From a virus, in IMG/VR virus record IMGVR_UViG_2534681605_000002, positions 1,093 to 65,092 of that record: DNA of 64,000 bases, one strand, 5' to 3'. The notes under the pieces were generated by a model. It did not search any database. It had not been told where the DNA came from and saw only the letters and a list, made by a program, of their open reading frames with translations. Below, piece after piece: positions 9,859 through 18,829 of the stretch. The position numbers and the translations under genes were made by a program. Position 1 is the stretch's first letter, and the number at the start of each line of letters is the position of its first letter.

Positions 9859-9933
9859 GCTCCTTTAGCTCAGACAGGTCAGAGCAGATCACTCATAATG
9901 ATAAGGTCGCCGGTTCAAGTCCGGCAGGGAGCA
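9859..9933 (+). tRNA. tRNA with CAT anticodon, probably tRNA-Ile2 (lysidine type); Met not excluded
   Basis: Cloverleaf GCTCCTT/AGGGAGC, D-arm GCTC/GAGC, loop CTCATAA, T-arm GCCGG-TTCAAGT-CCGGC, discriminator A. Confidence 0.9.
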
Positions 9934-9943
9934 CCGATATAGA

Positions 9944-9955
9944 CGTTCTTTAACA
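9944..9955 (+). promoter_or_regulatory. boxA-like antitermination element
   Basis: CGTTCTTTAACA, close to boxA TGCTCTTTAACA. Confidence 0.5.
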
Positions 9956-10244
9956 TTGTGGATTAAATCCTGCCTTCCAGTAAATAGGCTTTTGCTTGGG
10001 CTGGTAGACGGGTCGTTTCAATCGATCAGCAACAAACTGTATGAGGTTATTGCTTCCGGTGTTGTTTAACCGGTGTTGTCGATGTGAGGTTGGGGCGCGT
10101 AACGTTCACTTTCAGATGATCCCTTTCGGTGTTACTCGGTCATGGAGTTGGTCAACCGTCGTTACGAATAAGATATATCCCGGACATGAAGGCGCTACGC
10201 TGCTGATTGGATCGGCCTCCGGGAACGAATTAAAAAACGTGATT

Positions 10245-10403
10245 ATGAAAGTACTTATCCAAAAAGAAGTAAAGACAAAACGCTTACGTGAAGTAAGAAT
10301 CGGGGAAACCTTTAAAAAGGAAATGCACATTGCAGAACAGGTAACAACCCTTTATATCATAGGAATCCCCGTTTTCCGGAAGAAAGAATTATTCAGCGAT
10401 TAA
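10245..10403 (+). CDS. Small hypothetical protein (52 aa)
   Basis: MKVLIQKEVKTKR..., with an A-rich translation start context. Confidence 0.5.
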   Translation: MKVLIQKEVKTKRLREVRIGETFKKEMHIAEQVTTLYIIGIPVFRKKELFSD

Positions 10404-10577
10404 TTCCCTGATCTGATCAAGACTTTGATCTACATACAAAACAGCAGTAGCATCCGGTCTTGAATAGGCAAAATGCACAACAGAACCAGACAAGTCGCTT
10501 CTTTCAACATAAGAAATAGAATTAACATTCACGATAAATTTGTCTTTCCCAGAATTTAGTTCAATAAACTTGCTCAT
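10389..10577 (-). CDS. Small antisense moron protein (FlbD-like pattern)
   Basis: MSKFIEL...VNVNSISYVE...VDQSLDQIRELI; own TAACTTTG motif at 10605-10612. Confidence 0.7.
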   Translation of the reverse strand: MSKFIELNSGKDKFIVNVNSISYVERSDLSGSVVHFAYSRPDATAVLYVDQSLDQIRELIAE

Positions 10578-11112
10578 TTTCTTAATTTTTTTGATTTGAC
10601 ACTACAAAGTTAAGAAAACCCGGTACAAAGGCGCGAAGCTGTCGATCGGATCGGCTGCCGGGGACAAATTTTTACTCAACTAATTCTTTAATTTTTATTG
10701 TTTACAGCTAACGAAGTTGGCAAAACCAACTTATCCGTATCCTCTTGCGACAAGCCGATACGGTTTCTTTTTTGACTCTTTTTATTTCCATACTATATAA
10801 CTCGTGGCAATCCCTATCCGGGTATCCTTGCGGTGGTTGGTTAAGAAGACCGTATTGCCACATAACAAACATTGATATGAAAGAAATATTTATTCCGCCT
10901 TAGAGATGGTTGGGCGGCCAAATAAACAAGGTGAAAATTTTAATTATATCAACGTGTCTCGCCTAAAAAGCTCACCTGGGTTTACACGCGGATCGAGTCC
11001 GCGATTGGCCTCAGTTATTTTTTATTGGTTTAGAATAAGTAGTAATATCGCCGTATCGGCCTGTGACAGGTAGATACGGTTTCCTTTTTGAAACAAATTT
11101 AAAAATCAACGA

Positions 11113-11263
11113 TATGGAAACAGAAAACAAAATCATCTTTGTGATGGCCTTGCTTATGGCAATAGGCAGTGGTGTCGGGATGTTCTACAACTATTCCCTT
11201 GTTCTCTTCTTTGCATGTGGCCTTTCCTTATTATATGCAATACATAAGGAGGAACGGAAATGA
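11113..11263 (+). CDS. Small two-TM protein
   Basis: METENKIIFVMALL...; hydrophobic. Confidence 0.55.
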
Positions 11264-11385
11264 AGGAGATCTACATCAAGAACCCGGACGGCGATCTTTG
11301 CTACGACGGAGAAGAAACCAATGATCCAGAATTCGACGAAATGTTAGAAGATTGGAGGTTTGAAATGAACACGTACAACTATTAA
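11260..11385 (+). CDS. 41-aa acidic peptide
   Basis: MKEIYIKNPDGDLCYDGEETNDPEFDEMLEDWRFEMNTYNY; ATGA-coupled to the previous ORF. Confidence 0.5.
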   Translation: MKEIYIKNPDGDLCYDGEETNDPEFDEMLEDWRFEMNTYNY

Positions 11386-11397
11386 TAAATAAGAATT

Positions 11398-11907
11398 ATG
11401 AATGATTTAGTAAAAACTGAAGAGCTTGACGTTCCAGTAAAGCCTAATTTGGCTCCAGTAGAAGATGCTGTATTTACACTTGATCCCCAAAATCCAAACA
11501 AGGCCCTGACGGATATTGACAATGCGATCGTTGTTCCCTTACAGGCGAATATGGAAATGTGGAATCCCGTCAGCGAAGGGGATACGATGGTCGGTCTTCT
11601 AAACGGTTTTACGGTTTTGCAAATGCAGAGCATGAGCAACCCGGAAACTACCGAAGACGTTGAGTGCGCGATCTTATACACACCCAAAGATGTTGTCGAT
11701 CCTAAGACTGGAGAAGTACAAGGCCGTAAACTGGCAAAAGTCGGCATTGCGGCCAAACGCGCTGTGTCCTTTCTTAAAAGCGTACCCCGCTCAACCATGT
11801 GGACCATACGCTTTACAGGTGAACAGAAGAATAAAAACAACCAATTCAAGTCAAAGACTTTCGAATTTTATCAAATGACGAAAAATGACAGCAGACGAAC
11901 TCATTAA
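11398..11907 (+). CDS. Hypothetical protein, possible ssDNA-binding/recombination accessory
   Basis: Adjacent to the exonuclease; function inferred from position. Confidence 0.6.
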   Translation: MNDLVKTEELDVPVKPNLAPVEDAVFTLDPQNPNKALTDIDNAIVVPLQANMEMWNPVSEGDTMVGLLNGFTVLQMQSMSNPETTEDVECAILYTPKDVVDPKTGEVQGRKLAKVGIAAKRAVSFLKSVPRSTMWTIRFTGEQKNKNNQFKSKTFEFYQMTKNDSRRTH

Positions 11908-13090
11908 TATGGCGATAGCCGAAGGCATAGATGTCAGTAGCCAGCCGGCATCTGTGCCGATGTCCATAGATTACACGCGGTCATTGAAGGATTATGCCAC
12001 AGCTGGAGAGATAGCATCTTTTCTTCACGCGCGTAAGAAATCCCATCACATTTACTCTAATACACTTCGCAAGAACGGTATCGTTGTAAAAGAAGATATG
12101 GGAAAATACCTTGCATCGAAAGATTATATCAATTCCGGTGCACTCAAAGAGGCCATCAAATCCCCTCTTCATCTTTTTTACGCGGTAGAATCCGGTTGGA
12201 AAGACCGCTTGGAGGCTTACGAAAAATCCAAGAACTATTTTGTCCTCGGAGAATTCATTCATCAAGCGATACTCGAACCTCGCAAGTTTTCCAGAGTAGT
12301 TGTCGAGCCCGGCTTTAAATTGAATACGAAAGATGGTGTAAAAGGGCTTGTTTCTTTCTGGGAGGACAAACTGGACCAGTCCCAAGAAGAAGATGGCGCA
12401 CCTGATAAAGAGAAAATCAAGAATATTGTAGTTCAAGGAGGTTTCGATCTGGACAAAATGGACGGCCTTAAACAATATTACGCGGCACTCAAAGCAGCTT
12501 CCGGTTTCCAAGCCATAGACGAACCAAACAAACTAATAGTGGATATTATGTACTCGAACTATCGTCGTTACGGAGACGGTTTGTTTTTCGAGCTACTGAA
12601 GCATAGCAAAAGGGAAACATCCATCTACTATCAAGATCCAATCTATTCAATTCCGCAGAGAATTCGCCCTGATGCAATGCAGTTTGAAGAAAATATAGGA
12701 GCCAATACTATAATTTCAGTGAAGTCCACCAGAGCCGAAAGTATCGGACATTTTACATATCAAACTGCCAAACTCTGTTACGAACTTTCAGAAGGAATGT
12801 ACTTAGATGTTGCCAGTGCTGTTACAGGTCGGGATTTTAGAAGTACGATCATGATAATGGTTCAAACTATCCCGCCTTTTGGTATTGCAGCATTCGTTTG
12901 GGACCCGGAAGATCTCGAAATTGGTAAATACAAATACCGTCAAGCCTTACAAACCGTAGCCGAATGCCGGGAGAAAGGTTTGTATCCTGGATATGATGCG
13001 TATGCCGAATCCGGAAATTTTGGGCTTATCTCTATGAAACAACCGGAATGGAACACAAAAGAACTTCATCCGGTAGATATTGATAATTAA
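11885..13090 (+). CDS. PD-(D/E)XK RecE/DUF3799-like exonuclease
   Basis: INSGALK, LGEFIHQAILEP, RIRPDA...ISVKST motifs. Confidence 0.8.
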   Translation: MTADELINMAIAEGIDVSSQPASVPMSIDYTRSLKDYATAGEIASFLHARKKSHHIYSNTLRKNGIVVKEDMGKYLASKDYINSGALKEAIKSPLHLFYAVESGWKDRLEAYEKSKNYFVLGEFIHQAILEPRKFSRVVVEPGFKLNTKDGVKGLVSFWEDKLDQSQEEDGAPDKEKIKNIVVQGGFDLDKMDGLKQYYAALKAASGFQAIDEPNKLIVDIMYSNYRRYGDGLFFELLKHSKRETSIYYQDPIYSIPQRIRPDAMQFEENIGANTIISVKSTRAESIGHFTYQTAKLCYELSEGMYLDVASAVTGRDFRSTIMIMVQTIPPFGIAAFVWDPEDLEIGKYKYRQALQTVAECREKGLYPGYDAYAESGNFGLISMKQPEWNTKELHPVDIDN

Positions 13091-13108
13091 TTATTAAATC
13101 CTCATAAT

Positions 13109-13537
13109 ATGGACAAATTTTTAGGACAGGAACAACCCGAAGAAGATAGATGGCAATTTATTCAGGACAATGCCGATGCAATTGAAGAAATTGGTTATAC
13201 CCATCGTTTTACACCCGAAGAATTAGCACAGAAAAAAGAATCTCTTGCTGAAACTTCTATTGAAATCAACGACATCGAAGAAGAAAAGAAAGAAGTCATG
13301 CAAGAATACAAGAAGCAACTGGAGCCTCTTTTGAAACAAAAGAAACAACTTCTTGAGCACATCAAGAAGGGATCGGAGTTCAGAGAGAACGAGCAATGTG
13401 CCAAAATTCTTTATCACGACGAAAGGATGGTTGGATATTACAACAAACTCGGAGAGCTGGTTTATTCCCGCCCTATTATGCCGCAAGAAATGCAAAAAAC
13501 AATTTTCAAAACATTAAAAACAGGAACAAATGACTGA
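13109..13537 (+). CDS. Conserved Bacteroidales phage protein (coiled coil)
   Basis: Clean ORF coupled to the next gene. Confidence 0.75.
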   Translation: MDKFLGQEQPEEDRWQFIQDNADAIEEIGYTHRFTPEELAQKKESLAETSIEINDIEEEKKEVMQEYKKQLEPLLKQKKQLLEHIKKGSEFRENEQCAKILYHDERMVGYYNKLGELVYSRPIMPQEMQKTIFKTLKTGTND

Positions 13538-14267
13538 AAACAAATTGAACGTAGTTGTGCCGAAAGACTATAACGGCAAACCTATCGAAGTAGTATTGCG
13601 TGAAGGTGAAGCGCCCGTAGCACTTGACCCAAAAGAACAGGAAAGAGTAGTTATCAATGGAACGATAGATGCACCTCTCAGATGGTTGGAAAAGCGTGTC
13701 GAACTGATTAATCAGAAATCGACCAATATCATCGTAAACCGTGATAAGATGGGGATAGCATTAACTATTGATGAAACCAACTACTATCAGACTGAAATCA
13801 AAGGTATTTTACAGGCTTCCAAGGAAATGCAGGAGTTCGGTATCAATACTGATAAAAAATGGGAGCCTATTAAGCTATCCCAGTTCTTCAAGATGCACCG
13901 TGCTTTCTTCAAGGACAAATCTGAAAACATGATACTGGTTTCCACTTTGAAGAACTTTAAAGCAAAGGTAAACCAAGACATTGAGCGCAGCAAGGAGGAA
14001 AACGGCAGCAAAGTTGACAGCTACTCGCAGGTGGTTGATTCCAATCTGCCGAAATCATTCAAACTGAACATCCCTCTTTTTAAAGGCTTTGCCTGTGAAG
14101 AAATCGAAGTTGAGATTTACGCGGATGTAGACGGTAGAGACGTATCTCTTTCCTTAGTATCTGCCGGTGCGAATGAAGCTATCGAGGAATACAAGAATAA
14201 AGTGATTGACGAACAACTGGATGCTATCAGACAGATTGCACCAGATATTGTAATCATAGAAGTTTGA
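13530..14267 (+). CDS. Conserved Bacteroidales phage protein
   Basis: 245-aa ORF. Confidence 0.75.
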   Translation: MTENKLNVVVPKDYNGKPIEVVLREGEAPVALDPKEQERVVINGTIDAPLRWLEKRVELINQKSTNIIVNRDKMGIALTIDETNYYQTEIKGILQASKEMQEFGINTDKKWEPIKLSQFFKMHRAFFKDKSENMILVSTLKNFKAKVNQDIERSKEENGSKVDSYSQVVDSNLPKSFKLNIPLFKGFACEEIEVEIYADVDGRDVSLSLVSAGANEAIEEYKNKVIDEQLDAIRQIAPDIVIIEV

Positions 14268-14385
14268 TTATGGAAGATTATTATGATTATATCCCCGATT
14301 GGGCGATAATAGAAAAGTAGTTGGTTTTTCATGGTATTTAGAATCTTTACCGCGAAGAGCCTGTGAAGGCGTAAGCGGTAAACTT

Positions 14386-14463
14386 GGGCGGCCAGTAATC
14401 AGGGATGAAACATTACGGAGTGCGCACGATGTAAAGAGGCCGGTTCGATGCCGGCGTCGCCCA
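14386..14463 (+). ncRNA. tRNA-like RNA lacking an anticodon arm
   Basis: 7-bp acceptor GGGCGGC/GTCGCCC+A, T-arm GCCGG-TTCGATG-CCGGC. Confidence 0.5.
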
Positions 14464-14802
14464 CAAACCCTTTTAGTGAAAACCTTCAAAAAAATGTCAG
14501 AAGTAGAGCGAAGATAGCGCAGGTGTTTTCCGCACGGCATCGGTTAGCCGTTGACTCTATCTGAAAGGTGATGCGAAATTGACATAGAAGGTATGACGGA
14601 AGTGAGCAGCACTTTAACTGCACCTTGTATGTGCCCCGGATAACATGGTCCGGGGCTTTAAAATGAAGCTAATTTTATACATCATGAATATAGAAACAAT
14701 CAACAATTGGACAGAGGCGCTTTCTCTGGTTGTCTTGATCTTAGGTATCATGGCTATTCTTTACATTGGATTATGTCTCATTAATCAAAAAAGAAACAGA
14801 AA

Positions 14803-15243
14803 ATGGTAAATAGTAAACAATGCAAGGAAGCAAAGCCTAAACGTCTCTCTATCTCCCTGCTTCAGCAGAGATTGGACAAAGTTTTTTCCGAATACATCCG
14901 TCTACGAGATGCAAATGAAAACGGTTTCTGCCGATGTGCAACATGTGGCGAAATGTGGAGATGGCAAATAATGCAAAACGGTCATTACATAAGCCGACAG
15001 CATATAAAAACCAGATACGACGAAAGGAACTGTCATTCACAATGTTTTAATTGCAATATCGGCTTACGAGGCAACTTAGATCGGTATAAGCGATTTATCA
15101 TAGAAAAATACGGGGTAAAGGTTCTTGAAGAACTGGAAACAGCCAAGAAAGTCATTGAAAAATGGACCATTTCTGATTATCAGGAGAAGATCAAATATTA
15201 CAAAGCTGAAGTCAATCGGCTAAGAAAAGAGAAAGGACTTTAA
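14803..15243 (+). CDS. ninG: NinG/Rap family recombination endonuclease
   Basis: LDKVFSEYIRLRD, CATCG, GHYISR, RYDERNCHSQCFNCN. Confidence 0.88.
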   Translation: MVNSKQCKEAKPKRLSISLLQQRLDKVFSEYIRLRDANENGFCRCATCGEMWRWQIMQNGHYISRQHIKTRYDERNCHSQCFNCNIGLRGNLDRYKRFIIEKYGVKVLEELETAKKVIEKWTISDYQEKIKYYKAEVNRLRKEKGL

Positions 15244-15244
15244 A

Positions 15245-16009
15245 ATGGCAAAGACCGGATTCCCCTTTTATAGAGCCGAGACAGATCGTTTTCAGGATAT
15301 CCGGATCAAACGACTAAAAAAAGAGTTTAAAGGAGCCGGCTATGCTGTTTACTCATATATACTCAATGAAATCTACCGAGTAAAAGGTTGCTTCCTGGAG
15401 TGGGACGAAAGTACTGCCTTTGACGTATCTGAATACTGGGATCTGAAGGAAAGCCAAGTTGAAGAAATTGTGAAATACTGTTGTGCAATCGGGCTATTTG
15501 ATAAAGGACTATTCACAAACGGGAGAGTAATAACATCACGGGCAATTCAGATAAGATACATTGAGATGAATAAGCTGGCAAAAAGAAATAGTTTTGATAT
15601 TCCAGACAACATCTGTCTTATTCAAGAAGAAATGCAAAAACTTCCAGAAAAAACAAGAAAACTTCTGGAAGTTTCAGACAAAGTAGAGTATAGTAGAGAA
15701 AAGAAAAGTAAAGAAAAGTATCCTCCCCCTCTATCCCCCGCAGGGGGAAATGGAGGATGCGGAAATAATCTTTTTTCTAAAGATTCCAATACAGATGGGA
15801 TAGAAAGAAACTTCGAAGGACTGACCAACAGGCTGAACAGATTATTTATCCCTCCAGACGAGTTCAACATCATTTGCCAATTGTCGAACAATGGAGAAAT
15901 AGGGCATCCCATTTGGACCATAATCCAAGCTGCTGAACGAGGAGGAGCTCGGCTGCACTCTCCCGGCAAATATATTATTTCAGAACTCAAAAAAGCAATC
16001 AAGAAATGA
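15245..16009 (+). CDS. Replication initiator (DUF4373/Lin1244-like N-terminus)
   Basis: FQDIRIKRLKKEFKGAGYAVY..IL.EIY...LFD..ITSRAIQ.RY. Confidence 0.8.
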   Translation: MAKTGFPFYRAETDRFQDIRIKRLKKEFKGAGYAVYSYILNEIYRVKGCFLEWDESTAFDVSEYWDLKESQVEEIVKYCCAIGLFDKGLFTNGRVITSRAIQIRYIEMNKLAKRNSFDIPDNICLIQEEMQKLPEKTRKLLEVSDKVEYSREKKSKEKYPPPLSPAGGNGGCGNNLFSKDSNTDGIERNFEGLTNRLNRLFIPPDEFNIICQLSNNGEIGHPIWTIIQAAERGGARLHSPGKYIISELKKAIKK

Positions 16010-16364
16010 AAATCAATGTTTTCAAAACTCAATGTAAAATAGGTTCATCTGTCAAATACAAACAGAAAACAAGAAAAGTTGTCGACATAAACCGAAGTAC
16101 CAATGAGGTTTGTTTAGACCACCGTCTGTGGGTTCGTTGTACAGAGGTTGAGTTATTAACATCGGAATAAAAAATATATGATCATGCAAAAAGACTGGAA
16201 ATTAGAAGAAATAAAGCGTCTCGAAAAGGAACGCGACAGGAACTTGGCAATACACTGTAACTATGTGGCTGCCAAACATCAAAGACTGATCGACAGACTG
16301 GAAAAGGAAATCAATCAAGACACGAAACATTAATACATCTATAACTACCTAAAATTTAAAAACA

Positions 16365-17006
16365 ATGAATGTTAACATCAAAAATTTAAACCTGTCGGTA
16401 ATCATGCCGGCGATCACCAAGAGTGGCCAACCCGTATGTAACGACCGCGTATCATCTGAAAAGGACAAAGTAGAGCACGCCAGCGGACTGTATCTAATCT
16501 ACGAAGACGGACACGCAGAGCCGTTTACCGGCGATAACTCCAAAGATTGTGTACGATACATCGGGTTGAAGCACGGATACATGTCATTTGCAATCTCACT
16601 GACGGAGCATGATAGCGTACAATTGCTTGACGATGATAGCCGTGAAGAATCCGGAAGTGGGACATATTACGAACGTGAATGTGATGCGCTGTTTGACATT
16701 GACGGACGCGGCAATACGGAACGCCTTGTAGCCAGAAATCCAAAATTGAGAAATCTGCTGGAAGATGGCGAGTATATACCATCTCTTGGTCAATTAAATT
16801 TAATGGCCCATCATATGGACGAACTAAACAAAGCATTCGCTTATGTTTCGGCATCTCCCCTCTCCTCGGCGTGGTATTGGTCCAGTACCGAGTTCAGCCA
16901 GGGCAACGCATGGTACGTGCACTTCTCCAATGGCTACACGCACAACACCTACAAGTGCAGTAGTTACAGGGTTCGGGCGGTGGCAGCATTCACTTTTAAA
17001 CTTTAA
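16365..17006 (+). CDS. DUF1566/C-type-lectin-fold protein with a DGR-type variable C-terminus
   Basis: YIPSLGQL...YWSSTE....AWYVHF..G......K...YRVRAVAAF. Confidence 0.85.
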   Translation: MNVNIKNLNLSVIMPAITKSGQPVCNDRVSSEKDKVEHASGLYLIYEDGHAEPFTGDNSKDCVRYIGLKHGYMSFAISLTEHDSVQLLDDDSREESGSGTYYERECDALFDIDGRGNTERLVARNPKLRNLLEDGEYIPSLGQLNLMAHHMDELNKAFAYVSASPLSSAWYWSSTEFSQGNAWYVHFSNGYTHNTYKCSSYRVRAVAAFTFKL

Positions 17007-17012
17007 TCTTTT

Positions 17013-17036
17013 GGTGCGCTCCTTTTGGAGCGTGCC
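17013..17036 (+). promoter_or_regulatory. GC-rich hairpin after the VR (DGR homing hairpin candidate)
   Basis: GGTGCGCTCC-TTTT-GGAGCGTGCC, 6 nt after the stop codon. Confidence 0.65.
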
Positions 17037-17085
17037 TTTAAAAATCAACATTACACAGAGAAGGCAACAAAAAAAAGAAATCAAG

Positions 17086-17496
17086 ATGGGACAAGTTAAA
17101 GGTTTTAATGACATAATTGCTGATTATTTGAAACAACGAGCAGAAGAAGATACCCTGTTTGCTCCAAAGTTTGCCAATCCCAATAAGAGTATTGATGAAT
17201 GCTGCCGTTACATTTTAGGAGAGGCTCGTAAACGAGGAACTGCTGTTGCAATGAGTGACTCGGAAGTCTTTGGACTGGCCGTGCACTACTATGATGAAAA
17301 GGATATCAAGATAGAAAAAGTTTCTGCCGGTTGTTCTGTTTCTTCTTCTCAGAAAGTAAAACTAACAGAAGAAGAGAAGAAAATAGCCCGTGAAGTGGCT
17401 ATCAAACGGTTAGCCGAAGAGCAATACCAATTGCTTAAAAAGAAGTCGGCGAAAAAGAAAGCAGATACAAATGTCCAACAAATGAGCCTGTTTTGA
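17086..17496 (+). CDS. pcfK: PcfK-like protein
   Basis: IADYLKQRAEEDTLFA...KSIDECCRYILGEA...EVFGLAVHYYDE...QMSLF. Confidence 0.88.
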   Translation: MGQVKGFNDIIADYLKQRAEEDTLFAPKFANPNKSIDECCRYILGEARKRGTAVAMSDSEVFGLAVHYYDEKDIKIEKVSAGCSVSSSQKVKLTEEEKKIAREVAIKRLAEEQYQLLKKKSAKKKADTNVQQMSLF

Positions 17497-17497
17497 T

Positions 17498-18817
17498 ATG
17501 AAGCCGAGAACGAAATTGGAAAAGCTGGTGACGGAGTTAAGCGGAAAACTGCCTGCCATCACGAAGGGACAGGAAGACTGGGCCAAAAAGCATCTGTTTG
17601 ATCATTTTGCCTACAAATGTAAGGATGAGCTATGGTGTTCCGAATGTGGTAAGATGTGGGTCAATACGAGTAAAGATAAATTGGGTGACAAAATCGAATG
17701 CCCTTATTGCCATCATCAATTGGACGTAAAGGTCAGCCGGAAGCAGAAGATCCATGAAGAGGCGTATATGTCCATCCTGCAAGTGAAAGGCGGGTTCCAG
17801 GTGATCCGGCATATACTATGTTGGAAAAATATTCGGAAGGAAACTTCTCCGGTGTGTTATGATTTTACAGAAGTGGTTCAAGAGTGGATTCGTGAAGACG
17901 GAAAACGTACGATCATAGCCCGACCGATTAATATGGGCAGTAACGGATTTGTATATAGTTCACCTCTCAGTATCAAAGGAAAATATGGAAGTACCCCCTA
18001 TAACTATTACGGTGATTTATATGCGATACATGGAGAGCTTTATCCAAGGAAAGAATTACTGCCGGAATTAAAAAAACGGGGACTGAATCGACGGTTCCCA
18101 GATGTAACCCCGTCGAAATTGATACGTGACTTATTGAAAGGTGGTAACGATTCGGAATTGTGTCTGAAGACCGGGCAAATCCCCATGCTGAAGCATATGT
18201 ATAGAAACGGCTTCTCCCTACTTCGCTATAAACCGTCGTTCAACATCTGCAACCGCAACCATTACATCATTAAGGACGCTTCTATGTGGGAAGATTATAT
18301 GTCTTTGCTGTCTTACTTTGGTAAAGATATGCGTAACGCCCACTATGTCTGCCCTAAGAACCTGAAAACTGCACATGATAAACTACTAAAGATAAAACAG
18401 GTACGTGAAGCCAGGTTGAGACAGGAAAGGGATCGAGCACAATCTATCAGTAAGCGTGAAAAGTTAATGAAGGATATAGCCGGCTTCTACGAGCGGATGG
18501 AAAAGTTCTTCGGATTGAGAATCGAAGAAGAGGATATAATCATCCGCCCTTTGGAAAGTGTCACCCAGTTTTATCAGGAAGGTAAGGCCATGCACCATTG
18601 TGTGTATCAGAACGGATACTACAGACGGCCGGAATGCCTGATATTGTCGGCAAAGGACACGGCTGGAAAACGATTGGAGACGATAGAGGTAAACTTGAAT
18701 ACACTGGATATCGTCCAGTCCCGATCCTTCTGTAACGGCGTAAGCGAGTATCACGATCAGATAGTAAAACTGGTGAAAAAGAATATAAATCTGATTCGTC
18801 GTAAAATGATTGCATAA
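17498..18817 (+). CDS. pcfJ: PcfJ domain protein
   Basis: MKPRTKLEK, CPYCH, EGKAMHHCVY, RLETIEV. Confidence 0.88.
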   Translation: MKPRTKLEKLVTELSGKLPAITKGQEDWAKKHLFDHFAYKCKDELWCSECGKMWVNTSKDKLGDKIECPYCHHQLDVKVSRKQKIHEEAYMSILQVKGGFQVIRHILCWKNIRKETSPVCYDFTEVVQEWIREDGKRTIIARPINMGSNGFVYSSPLSIKGKYGSTPYNYYGDLYAIHGELYPRKELLPELKKRGLNRRFPDVTPSKLIRDLLKGGNDSELCLKTGQIPMLKHMYRNGFSLLRYKPSFNICNRNHYIIKDASMWEDYMSLLSYFGKDMRNAHYVCPKNLKTAHDKLLKIKQVREARLRQERDRAQSISKREKLMKDIAGFYERMEKFFGLRIEEEDIIIRPLESVTQFYQEGKAMHHCVYQNGYYRRPECLILSAKDTAGKRLETIEVNLNTLDIVQSRSFCNGVSEYHDQIVKLVKKNINLIRRKMIA

Positions 18818-18829
18818 ATAAAGTAAACA

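Noticed and set aside
10178-10662. Hammerhead ribozymes
   Set aside because: CUGANGA and GAAA core elements are absent on both strands
16365-17500. Complete DGR cassette
   Set aside because: No reverse transcriptase, Avd-like ORF or template repeat recognised in the window; only the target is supported
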